Origin: Paecilomyces variotii
Taxonomy: Eukaryota
DNA length: 64,000 nt
Reading direction: 5' to 3' (one strand)
Assembly: GCA_004022145.1 (NCBI GenBank)
Contig: RCNU01000019.1
Within the stretch, counting starts at the first letter, position 1; the number at the start of each line of letters is the position of its first letter. Shown here piece by piece: positions 25,008 to 39,431 of this stretch. The notes beneath the pieces are model-generated. The model did no database searches and was not told the DNA's origin. It saw only the letters and a program-made list of their open reading frames with translations. Both the position numbers and the translations under genes were made by a program.

Positions 25008-25692
25008 TGCGAAGCAGCGGAGTTGGACGATGGACGATCCTATCGAGGCCTTCCGACGATCAGGGCAGCCAGATGAATTGCGAAATCAACACATTGGGCA
25101 GAAGGAGAGAGCAGCAGGGCAGGAGGCTGCTAGAAAATAAAACACGCGGTGAGAAGCAATCGAGGAGGCAAGACGTAGAGTGGGAAGCTGGCCTGGAAGA
25201 AGCTGACGCTGGCGATCGTGTGAGAAGATGCGAAGCCAAAGCCAAGGCGGGAGATGATCCCTCGCGCTAGGGGAACCTGGCAGGTACTTGACCCGCAGCC
25301 GAGTTTTGGCCGGCCAGCCAGGTACCTCGCAGGTACCTTGACCTCCTCGATCTGGCGCTGTCGCCCGTTTGTCATCGGGGGCTTCCTTGAAGCTGCTTCG
25401 TTGCAAGAGATTAAGCAACGACGAGCTCTGTTGGGATTATCTCCGCCACGCAGCGGGGATGGTCTCTATATGCAGATCCTCCAAGTTGGGCGGGGAAAGA
25501 GTACTACAAGGGAGCGACTAAGTACATCCTTTTGACTTTTTGTTTGCCAAGCTCGAAATACAAGAGCGCCAGGATACGGATGTATTCGATGTATTCCTCT
25601 TATACAGTATCTATGATTTATCCGTGTAGCGTCGGACACACGAGATCTCTAGGGATCCTGTCGCGACTGTGTCGACGTGTAAGTAAAGGGCC

Positions 25693-27634
25693 TCACTTGG
25701 TATTGCTCTGCTTGGCAACCTCTGCACCAATGTACTCTGCCAGAGTCAACATCTTTTCCTCTTGGAATCGTCTTCCAAACAATTGCACTGAAACAGGAGC
25801 TCCGTCGTAGATCTCAGCATCGTCTAGAGTTGGGTTAGCAGGTTCAAACTAGTTGCACTGACGGTCGCCTCAGTACTTACACTCTGCCTGGACCTTCTTG
25901 TCGGTCTCTCCGAAGAAAGCATCACCGGTGTATGGCACATCAACTGCCTTGTCCGCACGGGTAACGGGAATCACGACGGTTGAGTAGTCAAGGACATTTA
26001 GAAACGACGTATAGCCCACAGGTGCACTCTTCTGGGGTATCACAGCGGCATGAGGAGCAGGCGGGACGAAGACGCCGTCGACAGGACGCCCGGTTCCGGT
26101 CAGCTTGGCAGTGCTGTTCCAGTAGTCCATATATTTCTTCTGCCATTCCCGCTTTGCGATGTTGAGGGCTGCAATTTCCGAGGCCGTCTTCTGCGGCAGA
26201 CCTGTCTCTAATATAATCTGCTCAACAGGCTCTTCGCCAGATAGTGCAAAATGCTCGGTAACGTCGGCACCGCCATCCATTGAATACGTCCGGCTCTAGA
26301 AAAGGAATAAGTCACTTGTAACAGCTACGTGTGAAAGAGAGCGACTTACTGCAATATCATAGGCCTCAGTATGAGACGGTGGGTTCCAGTCGATGACCTA
26401 CAGTGTACGGTTAGAATCATTTTTACGGCTTCGCCGGGAAACCAGCTCCCCATTCTGCTCTTACCTTATGTCCAAGCCTGGTCAGCGTCTGCACAATGAT
26501 CTCGATTCCCCTTGCGACTGGTGGGTGTGGCCGAACAGTGCCATCATTGCGCATGATAGCAAAAGCAAGTCTTTCCGGGTTGGTAGCAGACTCCTTGATC
26601 AGTGCCAACGTCTCCTTTTCCACATCATCCCGCCACGGTAACTCCACTGCAAGAGGATCATGATACCACGGCTGCTGGCTCAGGACGGCTTTGAAAAGCA
26701 ATTTCAGATCGGGAGCTGTTGCCGCTAGTGGTCCGATGACAGACAGGATGGTGCTTTGGCCATCCATAGAATTTGCAGCACCTTCATATGGAACCCTTCC
26801 AGATGAAGGCCGCAAGCCATAGAGACCATTGTAAGCAGCTGGAATGCGGACGCTTCCCCCGATGTCGGTGCCAAAGCCACCGGGTGATCCTTTCAAAGCA
26901 ATAAGGGCACCCTCGCCTCCAGAGCTTCCTCCACAGGACAAGAAGCGATTTTTCGGGTTCCAAGTGTACTCAATGATATGGTTTGCGGTCTCTCCTGCCA
27001 TCAATGTGGTCGGCACGCTGGTCTTGCAATACAAGACAGCGCCACAGGCGCGAAGTTCTCTAACAAGCTCGCTTTCGAAGGCACCCCGTCGGGAGTCATC
27101 TTTCTTGCCCTGGAAGGTTCCTATCCAACCGACATATCCCATTGTGGTCTCGACGCCATTGACGTGGAACTGGTCCTTCAGGCTGACTGGGAGGCCGTGT
27201 AGCGGGCCCACCGCCTTCTTATGTTCGGAAAAATAAGCGTCTAGCTTCTTAGCATCTTCGATTGCTGCATCAAAGAAGATCTCATGGAGACAATTGACCT
27301 GCCAAATGCATTAGAGCCACTGCATATTTCTGGACTATATCTTATAACTTACGAGCTGGTGAGCAAGTGCAGCCCTGTGGCAGAAAGCTTCAGTGACCTC
27401 AACAGCAGTCCATTGCCCTGATGTTGTGCGCTCCACGATGCCAGCAGCGTCAGTTTCAGTAATCTCGAGTTCGCGAGCATTGAGGAACTGTTGAATATAA
27501 CCGGCGGTCACGTCTCGAAGTTCCAACGGGGAAGGGATTGGTTCCTTAATCCTCCACTTCTCCGGAATCAGATCGAGGACAGCTTGACGCTTAGCTTCTG
27601 CTGCAGCCTTCCAAGTTGGTTTTGTGACGGTCAT
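25693..27634 (-). CDS. Amidase-signature family enzyme (acetamidase-like)
   Basis: GPLHGLPVSLKD, GGSSGGEGA, GTDIGGSVRIPA. Confidence 0.93.
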
Positions 27635-28135
27635 GTTTGCGCTGTGATAAGATCTTGAGGGAAATAGACCTTCACGGTGACGGCGGCTGTCTGCTTTTTG
27701 TTCTCAGGCGGCGCGATCCCCCAGTCTACTCCTTATCTCCGCAGCCCCATATAGGTATCTAGCCATCGGAATAGAGTAAGATCAAGGCCGGTGCAAGGAC
27801 CGCTCTCATCGTGTCGCGTAATGCACGAGGGACAATACGACACCCTCGCGGGGTTCGTGGGTCACTAACAGCTCCTATCCGAGCTAAACAGTCATGGCAT
27901 CTGCGGGGCCACGAGAGGACCTTAATCGGCCGCCGCGATAAGAACACTGATAGCATCAACAAGTGCTATTGTTCGCCTTCGTTTAGAGATACGCGACCGC
28001 TGTATGTCGATCCTAGGGGAATTTGGGTCTGAGATGGTTGAGATTCAGTGCTTATCGGCGCAGACGGACGCACTATCCGCTAAGGTAATCAAGTTGGATT
28101 CTTTCACTGCCAGCTACGTTTGGCATACCCCTCCA

Positions 28136-29312
28136 TTATTGTTCCTTGGCGGCGGAGGAGGAATCCTCCGGTAGTATCATCTGCCGGACATTCAGATTGA
28201 CTCTCTTGCCCGACATCCAACCCTTCCAGTATTGATATCGCGGGTCCTGAGATGCGGCGTTCTGATCGGCGGGCCAGTCCTGGAGCCACATCGGGCAGGT
28301 CGAAGGCAGAACCTTGGGCACGCCATGCCAGGCAAAACGCGATTTCCCATCCATGTAAACGGCGTCGCCGGAGCGTAGCCTGATGACTTCGCATCCTTGG
28401 CCGGAATCGTGACTTATCAGAAATAGCCCGTCGCAGCCAATGCTGATACTGATCAGGCCGACATCGCACTGTTCGCTGACATCTCGATGCACGCTCAGCG
28501 TGTCGCCGGCGGAGTAAATATTTACGATAGCTGCTTGCGCCTCCGTTTCGGGGAATGCCGCACGCAGCAGTTGGGCGATATCATCAGGGAAACGGGGAGG
28601 GGGCTCTGAGGGGTACACCTTGGCAGTCCAGTCATACTGGCCCCCCAGTGTCATCCAACGGAGCTTCTTGTTCAGGAAACTCTCGATAGTGATGGGCTTG
28701 TGCGTTTCTGGGTCCTTTGGGCGAAGCATACGCATGGGATCATCCTCAAAGAATGATGTCGATGAGGCATCCGCTTCCTCGGGGTTAGTAGTAGAGTCTG
28801 TTTGCCCGGGGTAGGACACATGGTAGTGTAGATGCACGTTGGTCTTGTGCTCGTGGTTCCGCAGATCCCGATGCAGCAGACGAGAGAGCAATTCCTTCTG
28901 TACAGTAGGCGGGAACAGCGACGGGATCAGACGGAGGCCTGGCAAGGAAGGATTAATATACCAACTATTAGTTCATGGAGTGCAATTGGCATCACTTGGT
29001 GGTTATGTACTCACCAGAGACAGAACGTAGCGTCAGAATAGGAATATCTTCGATCAGAGGCCCTCGTGGCGGGGGCGCAGGCTCTTCTCCAGGCTTGATA
29101 AAGTGATCAAATGCCCGCCGTAGCTCCCTGCTGGACTTCCATCCTGCTAGAGAGATTCCATCTGGCAGATCGTCTGGATCTAGCTTCTGCAAGTTGATGA
29201 TGTCCTGCTGGGCATCCACTTCCGACGCCTGCAATCTCTGATACTCCTTGTAGCGGCGCCGGATTGGCTCCGGGGGACGATCGTGCGCATTCAAGCCTTT
29301 GATCTCCGCCAT
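28136..29312 (-). CDS. AlkB/ALKBH1-like 2OG-Fe(II) dioxygenase, 1 intron
   Basis: KLRWMTLGGQYDW, HRD, WHGVP and RVNLNVR motifs. Confidence 0.9.
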
Positions 29313-29903
29313 ACTCTAATTCTTAAGAAGCCTGCGGGCGGTAGTCAAACAATAGTGGAGACCTGTTGATGAAGATAACTAAAGAACGGGGAGTAGTTAT
29401 GGAAATATGGATATCTTGATCGTAGATTAACTTACACTCTGTACTAAGTAAGTTCTCAACTCCCATCGCATCCAGTCAGCTGCTTCCGCGAGAAAGCGCG
29501 CTTTTGTTTGTGTACACAAAACGCCCTTTACCGCCTTCGCTCCCCCACCAGCAGCAAAAAATCAACAAGAGAGAACCGCACCATGAGAGAAGAATCATAG
29601 TCAATCGATCGATCAGTCTGCAGGTTGAAGGAACTCTGCTTCAGACTGGCCATCTCCAGGTCCAATACTAACTAACCCAGCAGATTCAGCCCTTCTCCCG
29701 AACTCCTAAATCTCCCTTCCCGCTTGTTGCTCTCCTGCGTCCGCTCTTTTTCCCCCCTTGGCAACAGAAGCTCATCCCCCCCCCCGCGTTCTCAACGACA
29801 CGACTACCGAAAGGGATTGGTGCTTGTTCTCAGCCCCGACTACGATCCTGCCAGACCCCTATCCTTCGTGTTTGACCACCCCAGAACCTCCTCTGTGGCC
29901 GCA

Positions 29904-31104
29904 ATGGAGAACTACCAGAAGATCGAGAAAATCGGAGAAGGTAAGTAGCCATTCGAAAGCTCGCCAGTCGGGGGTCGAGACCTCCTCCAATGGGAGAAAT
30001 GGCTGTCCCCTAGAGGCGCATTCTCGGGGCCAGCGGACTAAGTGGTGCATCAACTACAGGCACGTACGGTGTGGTCTACAAGGCCCGTGAGCTCACTCAC
30101 CCGAACCGAATCGTAGCTCTGAAGAAGATCCGTCTAGAGGCTGAAGATGAGGGTGTCCCGAGTACCGCCATTCGCGAGATCTCCTTGCTCAAGGAGATGA
30201 ACGACCCGAACATTGTACGACTGCTCAATATCGTCCATGCAGATGGCCACAAACTCTACCTGGTCTTCGAGTTTCTCGACCTCGATCTGAAGAAGTACAT
30301 GGAGGCTCTCCCGGTCAGCGAAGGTGGACGAGGCAAAGCTCTGCCCGATGGATCAGGGATGGATATGAACCGGATGGGCTTGGGCGAGGCTATGGTCAAG
30401 AAATTCATGGCCCAGTTGGTGGAAGGAATTCGGTACTGCCACAGCCACCGTGTCCTTCATCGGGATCTCAAACCACAGAACCTGCTCATTGACCGGGATG
30501 GTAACCTGAAATTGGCCGATTTCGGACTGGCGAGAGCGTTTGGTGTCCCTCTGAGAACATACACCCATGAGGTAGTCATGAAAGACGCATTGGCTCTGCA
30601 AAACGGCTGACGGATGTCTAGGTTGTCACGCTATGGTACCGTTCTCCTGAGATTCTACTTGGTGGACGCCAATACTCTACTGGTGTAGACATGTGGTCTG
30701 TGGGCGCTATCTTTGCTGAGATGTGCACTCGTAAACCCCTGTTCCCCGGTGACTCCGAGATCGATGAGATCTTTAAGATCTTCAGGTACGCATGCAGCCA
30801 GTGCTTGGTCATTACAGAACCGGCTAACCACACACCTACCAGGCTCCTTGGTACCCCCGACGAATCCATTTGGCCCGGTGTCACTTCTTTCCCCGATTTC
30901 AAGGCGTCCTTCCCCAAGTGGAAGCGTGAACCGACACGGGCTCTGGTCCCCGGTCTCGAAGAGAACGGATTGGATTTGCTTGATGCCTTGTTGGAGTACG
31001 ATCCAGCCCGGCGTATCTCTGCCAAGCAGGCATGCATGCACCCGTACTTCCAGCACGGCAGCTCTCACTACTCCGGCCGGCACCGTGTTAACGGATACCA
31101 TTGA
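29904..31104 (+). CDS. nimX: Cyclin-dependent kinase 1 (Cdc2/Cdc28/NimX)
   Basis: [41 protein letters not shown] and GDSEID; 3 introns. Confidence 0.97.
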
Positions 31105-32379
31105 ATGTTCTCTCATGATATGCCCCGCCCTTTCCATGTAATCATGATGTTTGGATGACAAGCAGTAAAGCCGAGGTTGCAGTCTGTATTCCTGAGAGAC
31201 AGCCATCTCCTGGAGGCTAAACCTGCCTGCCATCAGATCTGGTCCTCAGAGGTCACTACAGTACTCTGCCACTCCTTGTGCGGTTTTCTTTTTTTGTTTC
31301 ATTTGTTTTATGGCGTTCACTTGGAGTACTGTGGCACGAGGAAAGTTGGGTTACTGAATAGTCCAAAGTCCAAGAAGTCCTGTTCAGGTGTTCTTAGGGA
31401 CACCTATACCCGTCCCAATTAGACCTGCTTCGAATCTTAATTCACATATCTCTCTTATCGAGACCAAGACTCCATAAGCCTTTGGCCGCGTGCAATTCTT
31501 CCTTTTGGGATCTGATAGCCCAGTAGTAGCTTATGTGAGACGCGGTGCCTTGCCGTACGCATTATCTTTCTTCCCATGAAAGACAAGCCTCGAGTCTATT
31601 AACTTCCTCCGCCTAAGATACAATTTCGCCTTAATGTTAAACCAGTCCAACGACGCAGCTCGATCTGCCATGGTCCGTCTCTCTTCAGCCAGCGGCCCCC
31701 AGTTTTGACGGCTGGACCCCATCCTTAGTGTCTCCGGTGCCCCGGCCCATGGGACGCTACCCTGTGAGAACAATCTGTCTAGAAGCTCTTCAGCCGGTTC
31801 TTTTTGCTAACATGGGCTGTAATTAGCACCAAATGCCAGCTCTTATTTGCCCAAAATCCGCGGGGTGGCCGATAGCTGGGATCGCGATCGTGTTTCAGGC
31901 TTTTCTTGCGGTATCTGGGGCTGCTGCTAAAGTAGCGACTTGCAGGGATTCAGAATGGCCCGGCGTGGGCCTGCAGCCTTATGGCGGTGTCTCTCGATCT
32001 GCGTACTATTATGACTTCGACCGTTCAGCGCACAGTCTCTCGACCAGCTGGCACAGCGGCCGTTGTCGTTGCCTCATGAGGCACGGCGATGTCCGTCGGG
32101 CGGATTGATGATCAGCCTCAGTTGCTGAGCCTACAACGTCAGAGAGAGCCAGTTCATAAGATAGACTATTATTGACTAGGCGACCTGTCGTCGACTATTT
32201 CTACCAAAGGGCCCCGTGGAGATGCGCACCGTCCTCTTCTAGCGACGGATAAACCAACTATTGAAAAGGCCGTCTCGGATAGCGCCTCACAGTTGAATTG
32301 TGCTCCAGCTCATTAATAATAATTGTGTCAATTGCACACCTAACCAAACGTTTTCTACCGTCGACGGCTCCAAGCACAA

Positions 32380-35083
32380 ATGGATTCTGATCTCGAACCA
32401 CCCGACGGCCCTCCATCTTCTCGTTCAGGTGGAACCCGAACCCCGCGGAGAGCGATGAATCAACCACCCCAGGAGACGGTCAAGCAGTTCTGGGAACGCT
32501 TTAATACGAAATATCCCGGAAAGGTGTTTACCGTCCTCCCGGACAACCCGTATGCGCGCACGAGAGCAGCTCGGATGCCAAAGGGCGTCGTCCAAGGCCA
32601 GGATGAAGTCAAATCCTACGAGCAAGCCAGGAAAGAGTGCCAGCGTGCGGTTGACCGCATCGTCAGAGAATGCAACCGCGTGAACCAAAAGTATACAGAT
32701 CCGCATTTTGACATTGAATTCGATCTCAAGTCAGGAAGGAGAGATTGTCTCGATGGGCTAAATGGGACCAACGACGAGCTGCGCCCGAAAGGAGTCAAGA
32801 GAGTCACCGTTCGTAGCCCTGAATCTCATTTCTCGTCACCATGAGTCGAATTCCATGTTGACAATTTAATTCCAGGAGATCTTTGAAAATCCCCGGTTCT
32901 ATATAAACGGACCCACGGCGGGAGACGTGCGGCAAGGCCGCGACGGTGATTGTTGGGTCATGGCTGCGCTCTGCACCATGGGCAATAAGCATGGTCTAAT
33001 TGAGAAGATCTGTGTGGCTAGGAACGAGACCGTGGGCGTCTACGGTTTCGTTTTCTACCGCGGTACTGTGCCCCCGAATCCGGCTGAAAGATAAGCTGCT
33101 AACATTCAAGTGTCAGATGGCGAATGGCAGCAGTGCATCATCGATGACAAGCTCTATCTCCGGGCGGCTGATTACGATGAATCAATCGATGAGCGTCCTG
33201 TCTGGGATGATATCAATCGCAACGACACTGAAGAGGAATATCGAAAGGTCTGGCAGACCGGATCGCGAGCTCTTTACTTTGCGCAGTGCGCGGATGAGAA
33301 TGAAACATGGCTGCCATTGTTGGAAAAGGCTTATGCAAAGGCTCATGGTGACTATTCCGCCATAGAAGGTGGTTTCGTAGGGTAAGAGTTCAATTAACCA
33401 ATATGCAATCTTGGGCGGACTGACGCAACATAGGGAAGCCATCGAGGATCTGACTGGTGGAGTGAGCACTGAAATATTGTCTAGTAATATACTGGATAAA
33501 GACAAATTCTGGAAGGAAGAGCTTATGAAGGTGAACAAAGAGTTTCTGTTTGGTTGTACCACCGGCATATTCTCAAATTGGCTGGATCCCAAGTACAGAG
33601 GACCCGCCAGGGACAGAAAGGGGATCACCGAACGACATTGCTACTCGATCATGGAAGCGCGGGAGGTAGAAGGCCAACGGCTTCTTCGTCTGCGGAACCC
33701 ATGGGGAACGAAGGAATGGAGTGGCCCCTGGAGTGACGGCTCAGAACAGTGGACGCCGGAGTGGATGGAGCGTCTTGGTCATAAATTTGGGAATGATGGG
33801 GTATGAATATCCTTTTTACAATTATACGGGAAAGATGCTCAAATATCTCTTCCAGGTATTCTGGATCTCGTACGACGACCTTCTGAAGAGGTATCAACAT
33901 TTTGACAGAACTCGCCTGTTCGGATCGGAGTGGACGATAACACAACAATGGACAAGTCTGAATGTTCCTTGGTCTGCAGACTACCATAGCACCAAATTTG
34001 TCATCGAACTCACCAAGACAAGTCCGGTGGTCATTGTCCTCTCGCAGGTGAGTGAAGGTGTCCTTCTAAGCTGCTGAACATCCAGACTTACATCAATAGT
34101 TGGACACTCGCTACTTCAGGGGTCTGAATGGCCAATACACCTTTTCTCTGCAGTTCCGCCTGGAAAAGGAGGGTGAAGAAGACTACATAATCCGCAGTCG
34201 GACTCACTATCTAATGGCGCGGTCCATAAACACTGACATCACGCTGGATCCCGGTCGTTACTATGTGCTTATGAAAGTAACTGCTTTTCGGAACACCAAT
34301 GCAGAGACTGCAGAGGACGTTGTACGGCAGGTAGCCTCGGAGCGCCGGGAGAAGCTAGTGCAGATAGGTCTTTCATACGACCTGGCACACGCCAAAGGCC
34401 TGCCGATAGAGACTGAGCAGGAAAAGTGCAAGCGTGAGGAGCGCGAGGAAAATCACAGAATCGCGGAAAGGAGCAAGTTACGCGAGGTGACTTTGGCCCG
34501 GAAGAAGAAGGAATACATCAGGAACAAGAAACTAGCTGCACGTCAGGAACGACAAGCTGCAAGGCATTCTCGCTCCATAAGTCAGGCCACGGTGACTTAC
34601 GCGGAAACGCCAATCACCTACGATACTGTTGCGGATGAAGTCAAATCCTCCAAGCCTAGCAATGGAACCACCCCCGCCTCGACAAATGGCTCCGCCACTG
34701 CCAACGGTATTAATGGGACTCGAAAGCCTATGCGTCCGAGTGTTGACACGCATTTCGCAATTGATGGTATTGCGAATGACGAAAGGGGACTGCTGGAAGG
34801 ATTCGAGTTTGACTCCGACATCGATATGCCGCCTGAGGAGCCGCGAGACGCCAAATCCAGCAAGCATCCCACGGAAGCTGGTTTCCGGTTGGACGAAGAG
34901 GAGACATCCTGCGATCCATGGAATGCAGTGTGCGTTGTCGGATTGAAGGTATATTCCAAGGACCGAAAACTGTCCTTACAGGTTATCAGGTCCCCTGCTG
35001 AAGAGGATACTGAAGCGGCTCTCGACTGTGACGACCCAGCCGCCTCAGCAACAACCGAGAAAGGGACATGGTTCATCGACTAG
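32380..35083 (+). CDS. Calpain-like cysteine protease (peptidase C2)
   Basis: QGRDGDCW (Cys), HCYS (His) and LRNPWG (Asn) triad; WLPLLEKAYAK. Confidence 0.9.
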
Positions 35084-35516
35084 GCTGATATACTCAACAT
35101 AAGTATGATCATCTTTCCAGGCGTATATCTTCATTCTATTACCCTATATTAAGCATTGACAAGCGTTGCGTTGAGCTGCTGTGTTTGTTGAGCGTGCGGT
35201 TTCACATATATATATCGTACATTTTAACCTCTGCAAAGACAATAAAACAATGGGGACGCCCCTGATTTTATATTCTCCTTCCATTAGGAATGCAGCACAC
35301 TCTAGACTTCTTAGGACCTCCTTGAAGAAATAAGACTATCTTGCTCAAGATGCTATCTTCGGTTCTAGTTATCAGAGGTTTGTTTCCCCATCTCGATAAG
35401 ATAAGCCGCAGCATCTCTGCCAAGAACCACCGTTCGAGGATCACAGAAAAACAATTGATTACCCTTGCAAGGCCTCCTCGCACACAGCGCGGCCTGTCTG
35501 CTAGAACAATGGTGCT

Positions 35517-37146
35517 ATGCACGCCCTGATCGGTTCTCTCCAAAGGGCAGCATCCTTTTGTCTGCGCAGACCTCCTGCACTCCGCTGCTTCTCGCGTGTC
35601 GCGGGAGCCCGCTTCTACTCGGCTGCGCAATCTCCATCCGCGTACTTTGAAGAGACCGTCGATGTACCTGTGGGCGGTGATGGATCTTTATCATTGAGGT
35701 TCGTGAGCTAGATTCCGTTCTTCCACGGGAAGTATCTAACACTTGAAATTGACAAGTATCCTTCATCCCGCTTCTCTACCGCAGAACGTGCGCCCAAATG
35801 TGATCCTCTACCTCCCTCCTGGTCCACTGTTTCAGCAGGACGAACCCGACAGCAATGGAACCAACGGGGACGATTACCTGTCGGAATATACTCCGGATAT
35901 TGACGTTCTTTCACCGCAACATATCCTGGCTTACACCACTCTGTCCACGGTCGTAACGGTGAATTATCGCCTTGGGAAACAGCTCTTGCGGCCAGAAACC
36001 GCATTACCGGGAGAACCTCAAAGTCACGACCCCCCGCCGGCGAAATTTTACAAATACCCTACTCCTATTCATGATACTTTGGCTGGTTTCGATTGGGTTC
36101 TACAGAATCTTCGACCTATGCAGCTCTGCGTGTATGGCCGACATGTCGGTGGCTCTCTGGCGGTGATGCTGGCGCTCACGGAGCCGCGGTCTATACTAGC
36201 CATTGCCGCATACGAGCCTGTATGCGATTGGGTCGGTTTGGACGATTATTGTGTCTCTGTACCGGATGAGGTAGATCCGGATGTTGCTGTTGGGGGCAAT
36301 GGAGAGAAAGGGTCGAACGGAGTCGAAGCGGCTAAGAAGCCCCCGCGACAGAGGACGAGGCGTCCCGCGGCTGCGCCTGGGGATCTTGTTCCTCTTCTCG
36401 AAGCTAGGGAGAAGTTCTTTCTGAAACCGGAAAAGTATTTTGACCCATTTGCATCTCCGATTCTGTTCCTGCGTTCAGCGGGAAAGGAAGTGCCGCTGGA
36501 GTTTCCGAAGTATCTGACTGGACCCGACTATCCTGTTCCGGTTTCTGCACAACCGAAAGAAGAAGAGGAGCTGATTGATTTTTGGGACATTTACATGCCC
36601 CCTGAGGATGAATCGACCAGTCCTTCTACGTCTGGTTCTGAGATCGACCCCATTGCAGACATGAAGCCGGTCCGACGCCGAAAAGCTCTGTCTCGATGGC
36701 CACCGTACGGTCTCGACTACGGACTGAGTGCGGATAGCTGGACGTCTCCCAGTATTCGCCGATCACAGGTTACTCTGCCGTGGGTACGGCTTTATGTGCC
36801 TGGGGAAAGGATCACTGAGCCAGAAGAGGTTATCTTAGACTTTGAGAGCCTCGGCATAGAGGACGAAGCCGGAACGGAGGAAGAGGGCAGGAGGACTCGG
36901 CGCCGCCGTGGAAAACCAGTCATTGAGAAGACAGTGTTAGAGAACCAGGCTACGGAGATGGTGTCGGTCATGCATCGAGCCTGTTTCTTTGGTCGGGAGA
37001 AAGGCTTTGGCCAGAATCGAGTGAAGCTTGTTCGTATCCCCGCTCAGGGAACTTCCGCAGCAGATGAAAGCTCTACCCCAACCGGGGCAAACAAAGCAGC
37101 TGAGGAAGAAGCAGGAAGATGGCTTAGCGGTATCCTAACTACCTAA
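35517..37146 (+). CDS. Alpha/beta-hydrolase fold protein (Abhydrolase_3-like), possible mitochondrial presequence
   Basis: VTVNYRL, YPTPIHD and GRHVGG (His where the nucleophile Ser is usual); Arg-rich N-terminus; one intron. Confidence 0.75.
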
Positions 37147-37380
37147 GTGAGAGTCAACAGGCCCGGCTTTATCGATGCTAGATGTAATATCAATCTTACA
37201 AACTGTAACATTATGATGATAAACACATGATAAATCTCATCAATTGCCTCCAACTCAATAACCATGCTTCACATATTTCACACACAATCCCTGCTCCTCA
37301 ATTGAACCATGTCAAAAAGTAAAACCAACTCGTATGGTCCAAAAAAGAAGTCGAAGTCCTAGTAAGACTTCATACGATGC

Positions 37381-37452
37381 TGCTCACACTCGGAATCGAA
37401 CCAAGGATCTCATCATTACTAGTGATGCGCTATACCACTAAGCCATGCGAGC
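37381..37452 (-). tRNA. tRNA-Thr(AGT), intronless
   Basis: Reverse complement gctcgca..tgtgagc acceptor stem, tagtggt D-loop, catca-ctAGTaa-tgatg anticodon arm, gttcgattc T-loop. Confidence 0.93.
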
Positions 37453-38338
37453 GAGGATTGAATGTTTTCTCCCAGGTTTGTTTTTTCATTGTGTGGTCTA
37501 GATCTTCCCGTGGGTCCGGCCGTGATTGGGTGAATTCTCGGACAACAGAAGAGTCGCTTGGAGCCGACGGTCAGTTTATGTAGATTATTAGCAGGCTGTA
37601 GTTTAGAATAGGCAGGTTACTGCGCGGTGGTAACTGTTGGACATATATTGGATACTTGCGTGTGAGATGATACTGTACAAAGTGTCGTTCGTTAAATGCG
37701 AGCCTTTCTCCTCGATTCGGTCAGAGAGAAACATGTGGGGAAATATATTAACTACTAGGTACTTAGTTATCCGGACTTTACATTTACATAACTAATGCAA
37801 GATACGCCGTTATTTGCATGATCCTTTAGTCTTTTAGGTCCTCTTTAGACTAGCATCCAGACCCCAGAGTCCGGTTATTGGAGCCTTGATAGCTAAAGAC
37901 TAGGGCAAGTGGCCAAGAAACAACCTTCCAAGGACTAATGCACGCTCAGCTTACTATCATCGCTCCATCGTCAATCTTTCACTGATACTGTAAGTTCGCC
38001 AAAATAATCACCTGCATTAATGCATCACCCCAATGAAAAAAAAAGGCGCCGTTATGTGGAATGGAGAGGGTCGAGGCCAGGATCGACCGACGCATTCTGC
38101 ATTCCAGAGGGGTAGGATGGCATGGATGGTTAGGATGATTTAATGTTAAGACGATCCCACTTTTGTGATGATAATGCGAAGACTTTCTTCTGCCCTTCTA
38201 CTATCTGGGATAGGGAAGCAAAAGGGCATCTCTCGTGTCAAGGTTGGAGAAATATCCACGACCAAGGAGAGTTCCCTCTCATCCTTCCTAAGTACAGGTG
38301 GAAAGCGGAGGCGGTTACCCCCGCAGCGTTCCCCGACG

Positions 38339-39431
38339 ATGAGAGTCCAAAGATCCCTTCTGATCGGTTCAATTCCACATCACTCTCTATTATTCCTGTT
38401 GCTCATTTCAACATTCACAACTGCTCTGACCATGGGTGGCGGACCAAACTACCCCATCCGCCGCGTCGGACATCCAGAACAACAAGGAGAACGCCGCGCT
38501 GGAAACCCCGTATTCCCAGGCTGGTACGCCGATCCCGATGCGCGCATCTTCGAAGGCCAATATTGGATCTATCCGAGCGTCTCAGCTGCATACGAAGACC
38601 AGACGTACTTTGACGCTTTTTCTTCATACGATCTGACATCCTGGAAGAAACACTCGCGGATTCTCGACTTTGCGAATATCCCATGGTCGACGAACCGCGC
38701 GGCGTGGGCTCCTACCGTCGCGTATAAGAACGGAGCTTACTATATGTATTTCTCGGCTGGAGATGGGGCGGGGATCGGAGTAGCCAAGTCAGTGACTGGG
38801 CCTGGGGGACCGTTTGTGGATGTTCTGGGAAAACCGTTGATTCCTGATGTGAAATTTGGTGCGGAGCCTATTGATCCGGATATCTTTATTGATGATGACG
38901 GGAGGAATTATTTGTATTATGGAGGCTGGAGTCATGGGGTTGTGGTGGAGTTGGAGGATGATATGATTACGACAAAGGGGGAGTTTAAAGAGATTACGCC
39001 ACCTGATTATGTGGAGGCGCCGTTTATGGTGAAGAAAAATGGGGTTTATTACTACATGTATAGTGTTGGCGGGTGAGTTTTTCCATTCCTCTTCCTTGGA
39101 TGTTCGAGTTATCGTTTTGCTGACTGATATCAGATGGGGTGACGATTCCTACGGCGTCAGCTACGTGACGGGAACCTCGCCCAAGGGTCCTTTTTCCACT
39201 ACGGCGACGAAGATTCTCACCGGTAACAACTCGGTTGGGACGGGAGCTGGAAGTCACAGTGTCTTCCGTGTCGGTCATGATTATTATATCTCCTATCATC
39301 GCCGGTATCTCAATGACACCGCTCGAGATCATCGCGTGGTCTGCATCGATCGTATGTATTTCAACGAGAAGGGTGAGATCGAGCCAGTGATCCTCACGAT
39401 AGAGGGTGTGGCTGCCAGGCCGCTTTTATAG
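38339..39431 (+). CDS. Secreted glycoside hydrolase family 43, 1 intron
   Basis: NPVFPGWYADP, WAP, IDPDIFIDDDG and VEAPFM motifs; hydrophobic N-terminus. Confidence 0.9.

Noticed and set aside
38165-38338. N-terminal extension of the GH43 ORF
   Set aside because: The listed start is GTG, and ATG 38339 directly precedes the signal-like hydrophobic stretch
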